Shown: positions 38,817-50,036, counted from the stretch's first letter. The stretch is 64,000 nucleotides of DNA from Candidatus Eiseniibacteriota bacterium (GCA_963717935.1 CAVQXP010000004.1:1369280-1433279); one strand, 5' to 3'. The notes: generated by a model not told the origin, from the sequence alone. Program-made: numbers and translations.

Positions 38817-40652
38817 CTAGCCTGACGGCTGATGATCCGGATGTCCCGTCTCGAAACGTCGCCGGGCGTAGGCCACCATGATGTCCCGTCGGGAGAGAAG
38901 CCCCAGCACGCGCGGCGCGTCCCCGGGCTCGACGACCGGGAGTTCCTCCACGCTCAGAGACATGAGTCGTTGCAGCGCCGTGTCGAGATCGTCATCCGGC
39001 GACAGCGTCGCCAGCGGACGGGAAGCCAGATCGTGGGCGATGACCGGCACGGTCTCGTCGTGCTCGTCGAGGAACTGACGGACCTGGGCGAGCGTGATGA
39101 GCCCGGTCATCTGTCCCTTCTTATCGACCACCGGGAAGCAGTGCTGCGAGGAGCGCATGCAGGCCTGGATCACGTCGCGCAGCGAGTCGGTCTGCTGCAG
39201 GGAATGGAGCGGCCGGTCGCCCAGCACGTCCTGCACGTGGATGGCCTGCAGGATCCCGCCGAGGATCGCACCGCGATGTGCCGGTGAATCCAGCCTGGAT
39301 GGGACCTGGCTGCGATAGAGGGTCCAGCGCCGGGCGAGCAGGTAGGAGAGGGAGCAGACCCACAGCGCCGGAAGCAGGAGCTGATAGTTCCCCGTCATCT
39401 CGGAGACCATGACGAGGGTCGAGATGGGCGTGCTCGCGGCTGCGGAGAAGAACCCCGCCATCCCCACGGCCACGAAGGCGCCGGGCTGCGTGACGACCTC
39501 GGGCATCAGCTGCTGCGCGACGAGCCCGGCAGCGCCACCGAGCGCCCCACCGATCACCATGGAAGGCCCGAAGACGCCGCCCGACCCCCCGGAGCCGATC
39601 GAGAAGGAGGTGGTGAGGATCTTTCCACCGGCCAGCACCAGCAGCAGGACGATGGGGAGCTCGCCCCGCAGCGCGTGCTGGATGGAGCCGTACCCGAAGG
39701 AAAGCACGTCCAGCGTGCGCGAGTCTCTCAGAGTGTAGTAGGCCACCAGGGCGAGTCCCCCGGTGAGGAGGCCGCCCAGCGCGGGCTTCAGGGCGCGGGG
39801 GATGTCGAGACGCTTGAAGAAGGCGTGTACGCCATAGAATGCCTTCACGAACACGATCGCACCCAGGGCCACCACGACCGCGAGGCCGGTGTAGGGGATC
39901 AGTTCGGCCGCGGAGTGGAACGCGAAGTGCGGCGTCTCGAAGAGCGGAGCGAAGCCGAACTTCAACGAGAACACGCAATACGCGATGATCGTCGAGATGG
40001 CGGCCGGGATGATGACGTCCGGCTCGAACTCGGGATCGGAATAGAGGACCTCGGCGGCGAACAACGCGCCCGCCAGAGGCGCGCGGAAGATGCTCCCGAC
40101 GCCCGCGCCCACGCCGGCCGCGAGCAGGATCCGCCGGTCCCGCTCGCTGAGCCCGAGTCTCGTGGCGAGGAACGACCCGAAGCCGGCGCCGATCTGAGCG
40201 ATCGGCCCTTCGCGCCCCCCCGAGCCCCCCGAGCCGAGGGTGATCGCCGAGGCGATGGTCTTGACGATTGGCACGCGCGCGCGGATGACGCCTCCGCGGC
40301 GGTGAAAGGCGTCCACGGCCTCGTCGGTCCCGTGGCCCGCGGCCTCGGGGGCGAAGCGCTGGACGATGATGCCGGTCAGGAGCCCTCCCAGGGTGGTGAC
40401 GACGGGCAGCATCCATGGGCGGAAGGGCGTCGCCGTCACGGAGAAGAGCGCCAGCTCGCCCGCTGGACCACCGAGTCGTGCCCCGGCGAGCCGATCCAGA
40501 AAGAGGTGCTGGGCGCCCTGGCAGAGGACCTGAAAGACGATGGCCCCGCTTCCGGCCACCACTCCCACGAGCGAGCTGAGGGCCACCGCGCGTCCGACCG
40601 CGTTCAGTCCCCACCTCTCGGTGTGTCGAGCGATGTGTCGGAGCGGGCTCAC
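38817..40652 (-). CDS. ClC-family chloride channel/Cl-/H+ antiporter with C-terminal CBS pair
   Basis: 611 aa; GSGGSGGREGP and GSGGSGGVFGPS selectivity motifs; CBS domains at C-terminus. Confidence 0.9.
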   Translation of the reverse strand: MSPLRHIARHTERWGLNAVGRAVALSSLVGVVAGSGAIVFQVLCQGAQHLFLDRLAGARLGGPAGELALFSVTATPFRPWMLPVVTTLGGLLTGIIVQRFAPEAAGHGTDEAVDAFHRRGGVIRARVPIVKTIASAITLGSGGSGGREGPIAQIGAGFGSFLATRLGLSERDRRILLAAGVGAGVGSIFRAPLAGALFAAEVLYSDPEFEPDVIIPAAISTIIAYCVFSLKFGFAPLFETPHFAFHSAAELIPYTGLAVVVALGAIVFVKAFYGVHAFFKRLDIPRALKPALGGLLTGGLALVAYYTLRDSRTLDVLSFGYGSIQHALRGELPIVLLLVLAGGKILTTSFSIGSGGSGGVFGPSMVIGGALGGAAGLVAQQLMPEVVTQPGAFVAVGMAGFFSAAASTPISTLVMVSEMTGNYQLLLPALWVCSLSYLLARRWTLYRSQVPSRLDSPAHRGAILGGILQAIHVQDVLGDRPLHSLQQTDSLRDVIQACMRSSQHCFPVVDKKGQMTGLITLAQVRQFLDEHDETVPVIAHDLASRPLATLSPDDDLDTALQRLMSLSVEELPVVEPGDAPRVLGLLSRRDIMVAYARRRFETGHPDHQPSG

Positions 40653-40801
40653 ACCTGATTTCCTGGATGGGGCGACCGAGGCTGTGCCAGGCCGGGGCCG
40701 GTCCTGACGTGCTCAAGGAATGGACGATTCTCGCCGTTCAGCACGGGTCTGGGCCCTCACCTGAGCAGGATGCGTCCTCCAATCTTGCGGACCACCGCAG
40801 G

Positions 40802-42060
40802 CTATCTGTCGTGGTTCGTGCCTCCCCGCTCCAACACGTGCGCGAAGATCGCCAGGTAGTCGCGTATCTCGCGAGGATGGAGGAAGTTGTCCCGCACGTG
40901 CTCGCGTCCCTCGCGCCCGAGTCTGCGGCGCAACGTGGGGTCTCGCAGCAGCCGGGTGATCTGGAACGCGCAGCCCTTCGATCGAGCGGACGAGCATGCC
41001 CGTCCGCTCGTGGATCACCTGCAGGGGAATGCCCCCGACGGCGCTCGCCACGACGGCGCGGCGCTTCCACAGCGCCTCCGAGACGGTCAGGGCGAATCCC
41101 TCGCGCAGCGACTTCTGCACCACCACGGCCGAGCGTCGCTGCAGGGCGTTGATGATCCGGTGCGCGTCGGGTGGCAGCGCCAGGATCGAGATGTCCTTGC
41201 GCCCGCCCGCCTTCTCCTGCGTCTCGGCCAGCACCGCCGCGCCCTCGGGGTCGTCGTCCGCGGTGCCCCCGGCGAGCACGAGGTGCGCCTTCTCACGACG
41301 GCGCGCCAGCAGGAACGCCTCGATGACGCCGATCGGGTCCTTGAGACGGTCGAAGCGCGAGACCTGCGTGACGAGGGGCGTCTCCTGCGGCAGGTCGAAC
41401 GGTTCGAGGAGGGCCTCGAACTCGGACTCGGTGAGCTCACAGTTCTTGTCCGAGAGCGGGTCGATGGAGGGTGGCGCGAGGTAGCCCGGCGTGGGCAAGG
41501 GGGGGACGAAGGTCACGTGCGAGAAGACGGCCGCGTCGTAATGGCCGACGGCGGGGTCACGATGAAGTCGAGCACGTCCCGGTTGGCCCGCGAGAGATCG
41601 ATGTGACAGCGCCAGACCCAGTGCTGGCCGGGACGGCGGCGCAACTCGGCGAGCGCGGCCGGCTGGGGGTCGTGCACGAGGACCAGATCGGCGTCCAGCG
41701 GCCAGCGTCTCCGCCGCCTGCCGGTTCATCTCGAGGAAGTAGTCGTAGTCGTCCCGCGTGATCGTGCCCGGCCCGCCGTGCAGCGTGTTGTGGATCGTCT
41801 TGGTGATGTCGTAGAAGCGTGCGTCGCCGGGCATCACCTCCCAGGTCGTGGGGATCGCCCAGCTCGTTCAGCAGCGGCACCAGGCGGTGCAGGATCTCGG
41901 CCACGCCGCCGCCGGTGGCAGTGGCGTTGACCATCGCGATGCGGTGTCCTCGGAGCGCGCGAGCGAGCGATTCCAGTGCACGCATGGCGCCGTCGCCGAC
42001 CACCGCTCGATAGCCGTCCACGAGCGAGGTGCCGTCGGAGCGGACGTCGACCAGGCTCAT
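40802..42060 (-). pseudogene. treT: Trehalose glycosyltransferring synthase TreT (GT4) disrupted by at least four 1-nt frameshifts
   Basis: Conserved TreT segments are split over three frames. They are MSLVDV...VNATATGGGVAEILHRLVPLLNELG, IPTTWEVMPGDARFYDITKTIHNTLHGG, LDADLVLVHDPQPAALAEL...WRCHIDLS, PPSIDPLSDKNCELTESE...VTQVSRFDRLKD, SLREGFALTVSEALWKRRAVVASAVGG, and the C-terminus RDNFLHPREIRDYLAIFAHVLER* ending at TAG 40802-40804. The reading frame can be followed only by switching between ORF-track frames (41557..42732, 40713..41837) and an unlisted third frame. Confidence 0.7.
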
Positions 42061-42099
42061 GACACCTCCTCCGGGCGTGTGACGCGCCGCAGAGCCGCG

Positions 42100-42820
42100 C
42101 CATGGCCCGGCGACCGGCCTCACGGCGCGCGTCTTCCGGCGACGCCGCCGCTTCCGTGACCCGCCTGGCCGATGCGGCTCTGCCGCCAGCGCCGGTGGAG
42201 CTGTGCCGCGAGCCTTCTCGATGGGCAGACCCGAGCTCGCCGCATCCCGCAGCCACTTCGCCAGGCGGCGATCTCCCGTGACCAGGAGCCAGTCCAGCAG
42301 GGACGCGCGGCCCCTCCTGGAGCCACGGCTCCTCGACGAGGTGGAAGAACCACACGCCCGCGTCGGCCTCCAGCAGCGCTTCCACCAGCTCCTGGCCGTC
42401 CCGTACGCAGGACGCCGGTCGAGAAGCTCGACCGAGGTCGCTGACAGGAACAGGAAGCGACTCTCCTCGGGCGCATCGCGGTCCCGGCGGCGGCTTGCAG
42501 GCAGCGCGTCGAGCACCTCGAGCAGCGCGGCGCCGACGGCGCGTCGGCGAGGCGTGCCGGCTCTGCACGGCGAAGGACGATCCGCTCGGCCGTCTCGGCG
42601 TCCTGCACGACGCCGCCGATCCAGGCGCTGAAGTCGTCCGGAGGCAGCTCGCCGGCGCCCGGGATGGCGCAGCTGATACTGGACGGTGTGGTCGGAAGAG
42701 CACCTCGTCCGGCGCCGACGCGATGCCGTCACGCAGCTGGTCCAGGTCGCGGGCCGGGTCTCCCCACGGCTGGATCAGGTGAGTGACCGCCCTGAGCTCG
42801 AATGAAGTCGCGTCCAGCAT
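42100..42820 (-). pseudogene. Disrupted ORF of unknown function (protein-like segments spread over three frames)
   Basis: MLDATSFELRAVTHLIQPWGDPARDLDQLRDG..., ...LLEVLDALPAS...FLFLSATSVELLDRRP..., VRDGQELVEALLEADAGVWFFHLVEEPWLQEG, LLDWLLVTGDRRLAKWLRDAASSGLPIEKA in different frames of the minus strand. Confidence 0.3.
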
Positions 42821-43528
42821 CAGTCACTGGCCTCTTCGGCCGCTCCTCGTCGAGCGAGCGCAGGTACTCGACCACGAAGTCCCGGGTGAGCTCGCGGCAC
42901 CCGAGCCCGAACGCGAGGGCGAGGCCAAGACCTGCGGCGGCCACGGCGACGATGCCCAGAGCCATGACGAACTGGGCCGCGAAGCCGAGCTGCTCGAGCG
43001 CCAGCAGGGCGGCGAAGCCGATGAGGATCACGGAGACGACCTGGCCCTGGAGCCTGGCGGCGCGGATGCCGGCGGTCTCGAGAAAGCGCTGCGTGACGCT
43101 TCCCAGCAGCATGGCGACCAGGGAGCCGACCGCGAACAGCACGGCGGAGGTCACGATCCGAGGGACGACCTCGTTGAGGCGGTCACCCACCGAGGCAGCG
43201 AGGTTGAACCCGAGCATCTCGAGGGCGAGCAGGGCCGTGGAGGCGATGACGAGCCAGTAGATCGGCCCAGGCGGCCACTCCCGCGGGCTCGTGGCGGGCC
43301 GTCGCGCGCTCGCCGATCAGCCAGCGGACGCCTTCGTCGAACTGAGGGCGCGCAGGACAGCCGACGCAGGAGACGGTCGACGAGGGTCGCGAGCGCCCAG
43401 CCCACGAACATCACGACGACCGCGATCAGGAGACCGAGCGCCCCTCGCTCGGCACCGCGACCCAACTCGCCCAACCGGGCGAGGACGCCCGACCATGGTT
43501 CCACGTGAAGGACAACCAGGGTCCACAT
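42729..43528 (-). CDS. MscS-related 'conserved TM helix' repeat membrane protein; ORF track implies a frameshift near 43260, the displayed sequence as I read it does not
   Basis: N-terminus MWTLVVLHVEPWSGVLARLGELG...(in ORF 43151..44443 frame) and C-terminal part MLGFNLAASVGDRLNEVVPRIVTSAVLFAVGSLVAML... (ORF 42729..43217); paralogue of 60845..61549. Confidence 0.4.
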
Positions 43529-43559
43529 AGAATCACCTCCTGCGATTGCGTCCGGGGCC

Positions 43560-45216
43560 TCAGCCGGACGGCGGTCCGCCCTCGGTGGCAGGACTTGCCG
43601 CCGGAGCGTTCCTGGGTGGGAGTTCTGAGGTTCAGACCGACGATGGTGTCGAGCACGTCGAGCATCCAATCGAAGATGTTGCGGCGCAGGACGGTCTCGC
43701 GAAGCGCGCGCCATGCGTTCGCGTCGCGCGCTCGGGAGCGGCGGAGAGAGCGGCGTGATACGCGTCGGCGAGGCCCTCGCGGTCGTAGGGCGAGAGCGAT
43801 CCAGGCGCGTTCGAGCTCGCGGGCCGCACCGGTGAAGGGGGACAAGCACCAGGGCGCCCTCGAGATCGGGCGAGGCGGCGATGTACTCCTTGGCGACGAG
43901 ATTCATGCCGTCGTGGAGGGACGTGACCGTGCACAGGTCCGCCATCCGATAGTAGGGGACCAGCTCGCGGAAGTCGAGATTGGCCTCGATCAGATGCACC
44001 GTGGGGCCCGCCGCCCGCGGGAAGCGGCGGTTGATGTTCTCGGCCCAGCGCCGCACACGTGCCTGCACGTTGCGGTATTCACGCAACTCGATGCGGGAGG
44101 GCACGCCGATCTGGATGAAGGCGAAGCGCCCCTGCCACTCGGGTGCTTCTCGAACAGGCGCTCGAGCGCTTCGAAGCGCTCGGCGATGCCCTTGGTGTAG
44201 TCGAGGCGGTCCACGCCGAGGCCGACCTTGCAGCCCGTCCAGGCCCAGCCGCCCGCGGAGGTCGGCTCTCGGCCCGTCGGGTCTCCGGCGGCCTCCGCGA
44301 GCGTGGCGATCTCCTCCGCGTCCACGCTGATGGCGAACGGCTGAACCCAGGTGCGCCTGCCGGCGCGGTCGACGGCGAATCGCTCGAGGTCCACGCGGGC
44401 CTCGAAGCGTCTCCGCGACCGTGTCCAGGAAGTTCATGCGCATGTCGGCGGATGTGGAACCCCACCACGTCGTTCGCCAGCATCCCCTCGAGGATCTCCT
44501 CCTTCCAGGGCAGCACGCGGAACACCTCGGGGTTCGGCCACGGGATGTGCCAGAACATCGCCACCTGAAGGTCCGGTCGCCGTTCCTTGATGAAACGGGC
44601 CGCCAGCGCCAGGTGGTAGTCCTGGATGAAGATCAGGGCCGGCTCATCCTCCACCTCCTCGAGCACCGCCGCGGCGAAACGCCGGTTGACCTCGCAGTAG
44701 GACTGCCAATCAGCCAGGTGGAAGCGTGGCCGGACGTACACCACGTGGCACAGCGGCCAGAGGGCGCTGTTGGCGAAACCAGAGTAGTAGCGGGCGTGGT
44801 CCTCATGGGTGAGCCACAGACGTCGCAGTGTGTAGCGTGGTCGATCCGGCGGACAGGCCACGCGGTCGTGAGCATCGACGACGTCCCGGTCGGCGTCACC
44901 GCTGCCGTGGGCCACCCATGCTGCCGCCGAGCGCCTGCATGACCGCATCGAGTGCCACCGTGAGGCCGCCGGCGTTGCGGATCGTGTGGATGCGGTCGCC
45001 GTGGTGGACGTGGGAGTACGGCTCCCGGTTCGAGACGACGACCAGCTTGCGGTCGGGCAGGTGGGCCCGTGCCCAATCGACGAGCTCGCCCGGGTCGTGC
45101 GGGGGGGACCTTCGCTGCGCTGCTGGCTGCGGATCGCAGCCCGGCTCAGCGCGGATCGGGTACGGGCTCTGATGCTCATGCGCGCCTCCGCGGCGGGAAT
45201 CGATCGGCCCCACCAC
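43560..45216 (-). pseudogene. otsA: Trehalose-6-phosphate synthase OtsA (GT20) disrupted by ≥5 frameshifts
   Basis: OtsA segments are distributed over ORF-track entries 44896..45216, 44079..45242, 43990..44394, 43151..44443, 43632..43934 and 43426..43845, all in different frames. The segments are RKLVVVSNREPYSH, YYSGFANSALWPLCH...IFIQDYHLALAARFIKERRPD...WHIPWPNPE, DLERFAVDRAGRRTWVQPFAISVD, GLGVDRLDYTKGI, GRFAFIQIGVPSR...LHDGMNLVAKEY, LSPYDREGLADAYHAAL and FDWMLDVLDTIVGL. Confidence 0.7.
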
Positions 45217-46033
45217 CGGCGGCCCCTGCTACACGCAGCCATTCCTCGAGGAAGTCGGCGACCGAAGCGCAGGTTGGAAGGTGCGCAGCGGCGACCGTCC
45301 GTCGATCGCTCTCACCGACACGCACGCCGAAACCGAATCCCTGGACGGCCTCGAACGCGTCCTCGTCCGTGACATCGTCTCCCAGGAAGACCGCGAGTGT
45401 GTCTTCGGGAGACTGCGAGACGAGCGAGAGAACGGCCGTGCCCTTGTTCCAGCCGCACACACGCAACTCGATGCCTCCGTCGATTCGCTGGAGACGGACC
45501 TTCTCCTCCCCCTCGGCCAGGGTCTGCCACGCGGTCCACGTCTGGTCCTCCAGCTCGCGTGCGAGTCCCCCCCCCGCGACGCCCCGGGTATGGAGCACAA
45601 GCCCCGTACGCTTCCGCTCGAGGAGTCCTCCCATCCCCCTGTCACGAGCCGTCCGCTCGGCGCGATCCAGGATCTCCACCGATGCCGCTGAGACCGGATG
45701 CTGCAGGACCGAACCATCCCTCTGCCGCATCTCCCATCCATGCTCTCCCACCAGCGTGACGGGGAGTGGCCCCAGCAGTCGTCCCACCTCGCTCAGGGAC
45801 CGGCCCGACACGACCGCCACGCTCGTATGGGGCTCCGCGGCGATCGCGCCCACCAACTCAAGAGAGCGTGGCAGCGGGAGTGCCAGTTCACGGGTCACAT
45901 GGAATGGGGCCAGAGTCCCATCGTAGTCCAGCATCAGCAGCCGGTGATGGGCCAGCGAAACCAGCCGCCAGAGTCGTCGCGGGACCCCGGTCAGCAGATG
46001 CGGCTGCTGTACGCGCTTTGCCATGACAGACAT
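45176..46033 (-). CDS. otsB: Trehalose-6-phosphate phosphatase OtsB (HAD-IIB), apparently intact
   Basis: 285 aa; HRLLMLDYDGTLAPF motif I, GDDVTDEDAF motif; C-terminus abuts/overlaps otsA remnant. Confidence 0.8.
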   Translation of the reverse strand: MSVMAKRVQQPHLLTGVPRRLWRLVSLAHHRLLMLDYDGTLAPFHVTRELALPLPRSLELVGAIAAEPHTSVAVVSGRSLSEVGRLLGPLPVTLVGEHGWEMRQRDGSVLQHPVSAASVEILDRAERTARDRGMGGLLERKRTGLVLHTRGVAGGGLARELEDQTWTAWQTLAEGEEKVRLQRIDGGIELRVCGWNKGTAVLSLVSQSPEDTLAVFLGDDVTDEDAFEAVQGFGFGVRVGESDRRTVAAAHLPTCASVADFLEEWLRVAGAAGGGADRFPPRRRA

Positions 46034-46055
46034 CCGCCCGGCGCCGCCGCGCCGC

Positions 46056-46637
46056 CTACTTCAGTCCCGTTGGGACCGGCATCTTCATCTCGGTCATGAG
46101 ATCGACCGCGCTGGCCTTCACTCCGCGGGCCCTGGTGACGGCCTCGGCCAGCTTGCCGTCCTTCATGGCGGTTGTCGCCTCGCCCCACCTGGTCTTCATG
46201 TCCGCCAGGGTGGTCTGGGCGATGGCGAAGCCCGCCCTGTTCATCCCGGCCGGCGGCCTCGCCATCGCGCCCATCCTCTTGTCGAGCGAGGCCACCGCGC
46301 TCGGCAGGGTCGCATTGAGGCTTTTCCAGGCCGCCTGCAACTCCCCCGCCCTGGCGTACAGACCCTCATCCAACTCCTTCACCTTCGCCGGGAGGTCCCT
46401 GGTCGCCTCGAGAGCCGCCTTGGGATCGCCCTTCTCCACGTCCGCCCTGGCGGTGGCGATCGCGTCCTCGATCATCCTCGCTTGATCGGGCGCGACATTC
46501 ATCGCCTCGTCCCGGATCTCGTCGTAGGCGGCCTGCGCCGCCGAAATCGACGCTTCCGCCGCCTTCCTCTGCGTGCCACAAGCGGGGAGGAGCAGCATCA
46601 CCATCAGCGTCAGCACACTGTACGCGAACCGGCTCAT
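46056..46637 (-). CDS. Alpha-helical lipoprotein of unknown function
   Basis: ATG 46637 with AAGGAG RBS inside ORF 46056..47000; signal peptide + lipobox LLLPAC; 193 aa. Confidence 0.6.
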   Translation of the reverse strand: MSRFAYSVLTLMVMLLLPACGTQRKAAEASISAAQAAYDEIRDEAMNVAPDQARMIEDAIATARADVEKGDPKAALEATRDLPAKVKELDEGLYARAGELQAAWKSLNATLPSAVASLDKRMGAMARPPAGMNRAGFAIAQTTLADMKTRWGEATTAMKDGKLAEAVTRARGVKASAVDLMTEMKMPVPTGLK

Positions 46638-47125
46638 CTCCAGGCTCCTTTCCACTGCGGATGCACACCTGTGACGTCCGCTCGGGACGACCGGGGTCCT
46701 ATCGCAGGGCCAGATGGGCGCGGCGGTTCCTCGCCCATGTGAATTCGTCGTGGGCACCCCCGAAGGGCCGTTCCCTGCCATGGGAAACGATCTGGATCCG
46801 CGGGCCGCCGCATCGGCGGCAACGAGGGCCGCCCGGGCTCGCCTTTCTCCAGGCGCCGGATTGTACTCGACCGTGCCCCGCTCATCACAATGCCCCGATC
46901 GTGATCCGCGCTTCGGCGTGCTCGCGCAAGAGCTTGGCGTCCCGGCCGAGCGCCGCCCGCGCGTCGCCGCACAGCCCGACGGCGGATGCCGGGCAAGCAC
47001 AGGCCGGGGCCCCGCCGTGTCGAAGCCGTCACGCGAGTCTCTCCATCCGCGAGCCGCTCGCTCGGCCGGGGGGCGCTGCGGGAGAACTAGACGGCCCCGC
47101 GGGATTGCGCTACAAGTGCGCGGTC

Positions 47126-48454
47126 ATGGGACCCCGCGTGCTCAGGAGCCACCTCGCGTTGCCGGTCATCCTCGGGACGGTGCTCGCCTCGGGAGCCGCT
47201 CATGCGGCCGCCCAGTCCCATGGCCCCGACTTGCCGCCGGTCCTGGCGGCGCTGGTTCTGATCCTCCTCGGTGCGAAGCTTGGCGGCGTGCTCGTTGCCC
47301 GACTCGGCCAGCCGGCCGTGTTGGGGGAGTTGGTCGTGGGCGTCCTCCTCGGCAATCTCGGTCTCCTCGGCTTCCACGGCCTGGAATCGATCAAGGAACT
47401 CGCCGCGATCGATCTGTTGGCCCAGATCGGTGTTCTCTTCCTGCTCTTCGCCGCCGGTCTCGAGTCCGACGTGGGGGAGATGGCGGCGGTCGGCGCGTCC
47501 TCGCTGCTGGTGGCCGTCGTCGGTGTCATCGTACCCATCGCCCTGGGCTTCCTGTGCTCGGCCTGGTTCTTCCCGGGCCACAACCTGCTCAGCCACTGGT
47601 TCGTGGGAGCTGCGCTCTGCGCCACGAGCGTGGGGATCACCGCACGGGTCCTTGCCGACCTCAAGCGCACGAGGAGCAAGGAGGGCCGGATCATCCTTGG
47701 TGCGGCGGTCATCGACGACGTGCTCGGCCTGATCGTGCTCGCGGTCGTCGCGGGTGTCATCAAGGCTGCCGACGCGGGACAGGTGTTCCGCGCCTCCACC
47801 GTGCTCTGGATCGTCGCGAAGGCACTCCTCTTTCTTGCGGGGGCGATCCTGATCGGCCGGTGGCTCTCGCCGCACGCCTTCAGACTGGCCACGCGCCTCA
47901 GGGGGGAGGGCTTGCTCCTCACGGGAGCGCTGGGTTTCTGCTTCGGTCTGGCCTACCTCGCGGGCCTGGCAGGGCTGGCCCCGATTGTCGGTGCCTTCGC
48001 AGCCGGACTCATCCTCGACGAGGTGCACTACCGGGACCTGCTTGACCAGGACAATGCGCGGCGCGCCGTCCCCGAACTGCTCGAGCCCATCACGACGTTC
48101 TTCGTGCCGGTGTTCTTCGTCCTGATGGGCATGCGGGTGGATCTCTCGGTCTTCGGAGTGCCGGGGGTGGTGGGCTTCGCCGCGACGCTGACCGCAGCCG
48201 CCGTGGTGGCAAAACAGGCGTGTGGACTCGGGGTGCTCGAAAGGGGCGTGGACAAGATCGCGGTCGGGCTGGGGATGATCCCGCGAGGCGAGGTCGGTCT
48301 CATCTTCGCGGGGATCGGCTCGACGCTCACGATCGCGGGCGTGCGGGTCGTGGATGACGCGGTCTTCTCGGCCGTCGTGGCGATGGTGGCGCTCACCACT
48401 CTCGTGACCCCGCCGTTGCTCGCGTGGCGGCTCCGGCGCACGGGCGCTGCATGA
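47126..48454 (+). CDS. Monovalent cation:proton antiporter (CPA1/CPA2, Na+/H+ or K+/H+ exchanger membrane domain)
   Basis: ATG 47126 inside ORF 46661..48454; 442 aa, ~12 TM helices, IDDVLGLIVLAVV motif. Confidence 0.85.
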   Translation: MGPRVLRSHLALPVILGTVLASGAAHAAAQSHGPDLPPVLAALVLILLGAKLGGVLVARLGQPAVLGELVVGVLLGNLGLLGFHGLESIKELAAIDLLAQIGVLFLLFAAGLESDVGEMAAVGASSLLVAVVGVIVPIALGFLCSAWFFPGHNLLSHWFVGAALCATSVGITARVLADLKRTRSKEGRIILGAAVIDDVLGLIVLAVVAGVIKAADAGQVFRASTVLWIVAKALLFLAGAILIGRWLSPHAFRLATRLRGEGLLLTGALGFCFGLAYLAGLAGLAPIVGAFAAGLILDEVHYRDLLDQDNARRAVPELLEPITTFFVPVFFVLMGMRVDLSVFGVPGVVGFAATLTAAAVVAKQACGLGVLERGVDKIAVGLGMIPRGEVGLIFAGIGSTLTIAGVRVVDDAVFSAVVAMVALTTLVTPPLLAWRLRRTGAA

Positions 48455-48572
48455 AGGGGAGGCTGCAGCCCGCGCCCGGGGCTTCCTCCCACGACTGAGG
48501 GGGGCGGGAGGAGAGCAGAAGACGATTCCAGCCGGCGACCGGCGGTCGCCGGCGCGAGGGAGGCGCCGGTTC

Positions 48573-49475
48573 TCAGCCGAAGATCTCCCGCCGTGCTCGC
48601 TCGGTGATGGCCAGCACGGCGGGATGGCGGATCCGGCGCTCCCCGGTGATCGCGTAGAAGCGCTGCCGGATCGTGTCCACGCGGCCCACGACCTCCACCC
48701 GGTATCGCCTCCGGATCTCCCGCTCGTCGACCGAGGGCCCGGCGAACACTCCCCGCCCCGCTTCCCCAAAGAGCTTGAGCAGTGCGCTGTCGTCGATCTC
48801 GCCCATGACCTTGGGTCGTATGCCCTGTGCAGCGAACCACTGCTCAAGAGCCCGGTAGAGCGCCGAATTCCTCCCCGGCAGCAGCACGGCCTCGCCGTTC
48901 AGAGAGGCCGGGAATCCCCTCCGAAGCCGCTGCGCGATCCTGCCAGTCGCGAAGAAGCTCGTGCCCGACTCGCCCAGCAAGTGGTTGAACAATCGCACGG
49001 AGAGACCCGGACCGGCCGGCGAATCGGAGAGGATCATGTCCAGGCCGTAGACTGCGAGTTCGGACAGGAATCCGTCGAGAGAGCGATCCTCCCGGCACAC
49101 GACCCGGATGTCCTCCTGCTCCGCGAACACCGGATCGAGGATGCGTTGGACCATCGGTTTGGGCATCACGTCGAGCAGCCCGACGACGACACGTACGGGT
49201 CGCCCGGCTCTCTGACCCCGGAGTGTCTCCAGGAACTCCTGGCCGAGCGAGAAGATCTCGTCCGCATAGCGGAACGCGATCCGGCCCGCCTCCGTGAGCT
49301 CCAGTCGGCGCCCGCGTCGCGCGAAGAGCTTCTCGCCGAGCATGTCCTCGAAACGGTGGATCTGGCCGCTGAGCGTGGACTGCGCCAGCCGGAGCTGCTC
49401 GGCCGCCCGTGCGACCGTGCCCTCGCGGGCCACCATCCACACGTACAGCAGGTGCTGGTAGTTGAGTCGCTCCAT
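48573..49475 (-). CDS. LysR-family transcriptional regulator (NhaR-like position next to antiporter)
   Basis: MERLNYQHLLYVWMVAREGTVARAAEQLRLAQSTLSGQIHRFE HTH; 300 aa. Confidence 0.9.
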   Translation of the reverse strand: MERLNYQHLLYVWMVAREGTVARAAEQLRLAQSTLSGQIHRFEDMLGEKLFARRGRRLELTEAGRIAFRYADEIFSLGQEFLETLRGQRAGRPVRVVVGLLDVMPKPMVQRILDPVFAEQEDIRVVCREDRSLDGFLSELAVYGLDMILSDSPAGPGLSVRLFNHLLGESGTSFFATGRIAQRLRRGFPASLNGEAVLLPGRNSALYRALEQWFAAQGIRPKVMGEIDDSALLKLFGEAGRGVFAGPSVDEREIRRRYRVEVVGRVDTIRQRFYAITGERRIRHPAVLAITERARREIFG

Positions 49476-49682
49476 GACCGGCAGGATACATCGAGCCAGA
49501 CGATGGATTCCATCGAAACTTTGTACTTATCGAAGTCCCGGGAGGCCGGCACACTGGGCTCGCGAGGGGCAAGAGCGCCGCGTGCGCAACGCGCACCATC
49601 CCCCGCGCCGCCGCCTCGTGACACGGGAGCCGGAGCGCAAGCCGATCCGGCTCCCGCGGGCGGGGACCGAAGAGGGAATCGC

Positions 49683-50036
49683 ATGCAACTGGACATTCGG
49701 GGCTCGAACGTCCGTCTTTCGCAACGGATGCGCTCGTACGTCGAGCGCCGGGTGGGCTTCGCTCTTTCGCGCTTCGGGGCGCGCGTGGCCCGGGTTCGGG
49801 TTCGCCTCTCGGACGCGAACGGCCCCGGGCGGGAAGTGGATCGGGTCTGCAGAGTGATGACCACGGTGCCGGGCGCTACCCCGCTCGTGGTCGAGCAACG
49901 TGATCCCAGACTGACTCTGGCGGTCGATCATGCGCTGGACCGAGTGGCCCGCCAGGTGGCGCGCACGATGGAGCGGATTGACGCGGGCTGGGTGGATCCG
50001 AGTGGTCCGGGGACCCGGCGAGCGGGCCGCAGGTGA
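49683..50036 (+). CDS. hpf: Ribosome hibernation promoting factor / RaiA (short HPF)
   Basis: ATG 49683 inside ORF 48624..50036; MQLDIRGSNVRLSQRMRSYVERRVGFALSRFG...VRVRL, 117 aa. Confidence 0.75.
   Translation: MQLDIRGSNVRLSQRMRSYVERRVGFALSRFGARVARVRVRLSDANGPGREVDRVCRVMTTVPGATPLVVEQRDPRLTLAVDHALDRVARQVARTMERIDAGWVDPSGPGTRRAGRR

Noticed and set aside
45176-45242. Possible OtsB-OtsA fusion
   Set aside because: Frames overlap by ~40 nt but otsA is frameshifted, so fusion versus adjacency cannot be resolved from sequence alone
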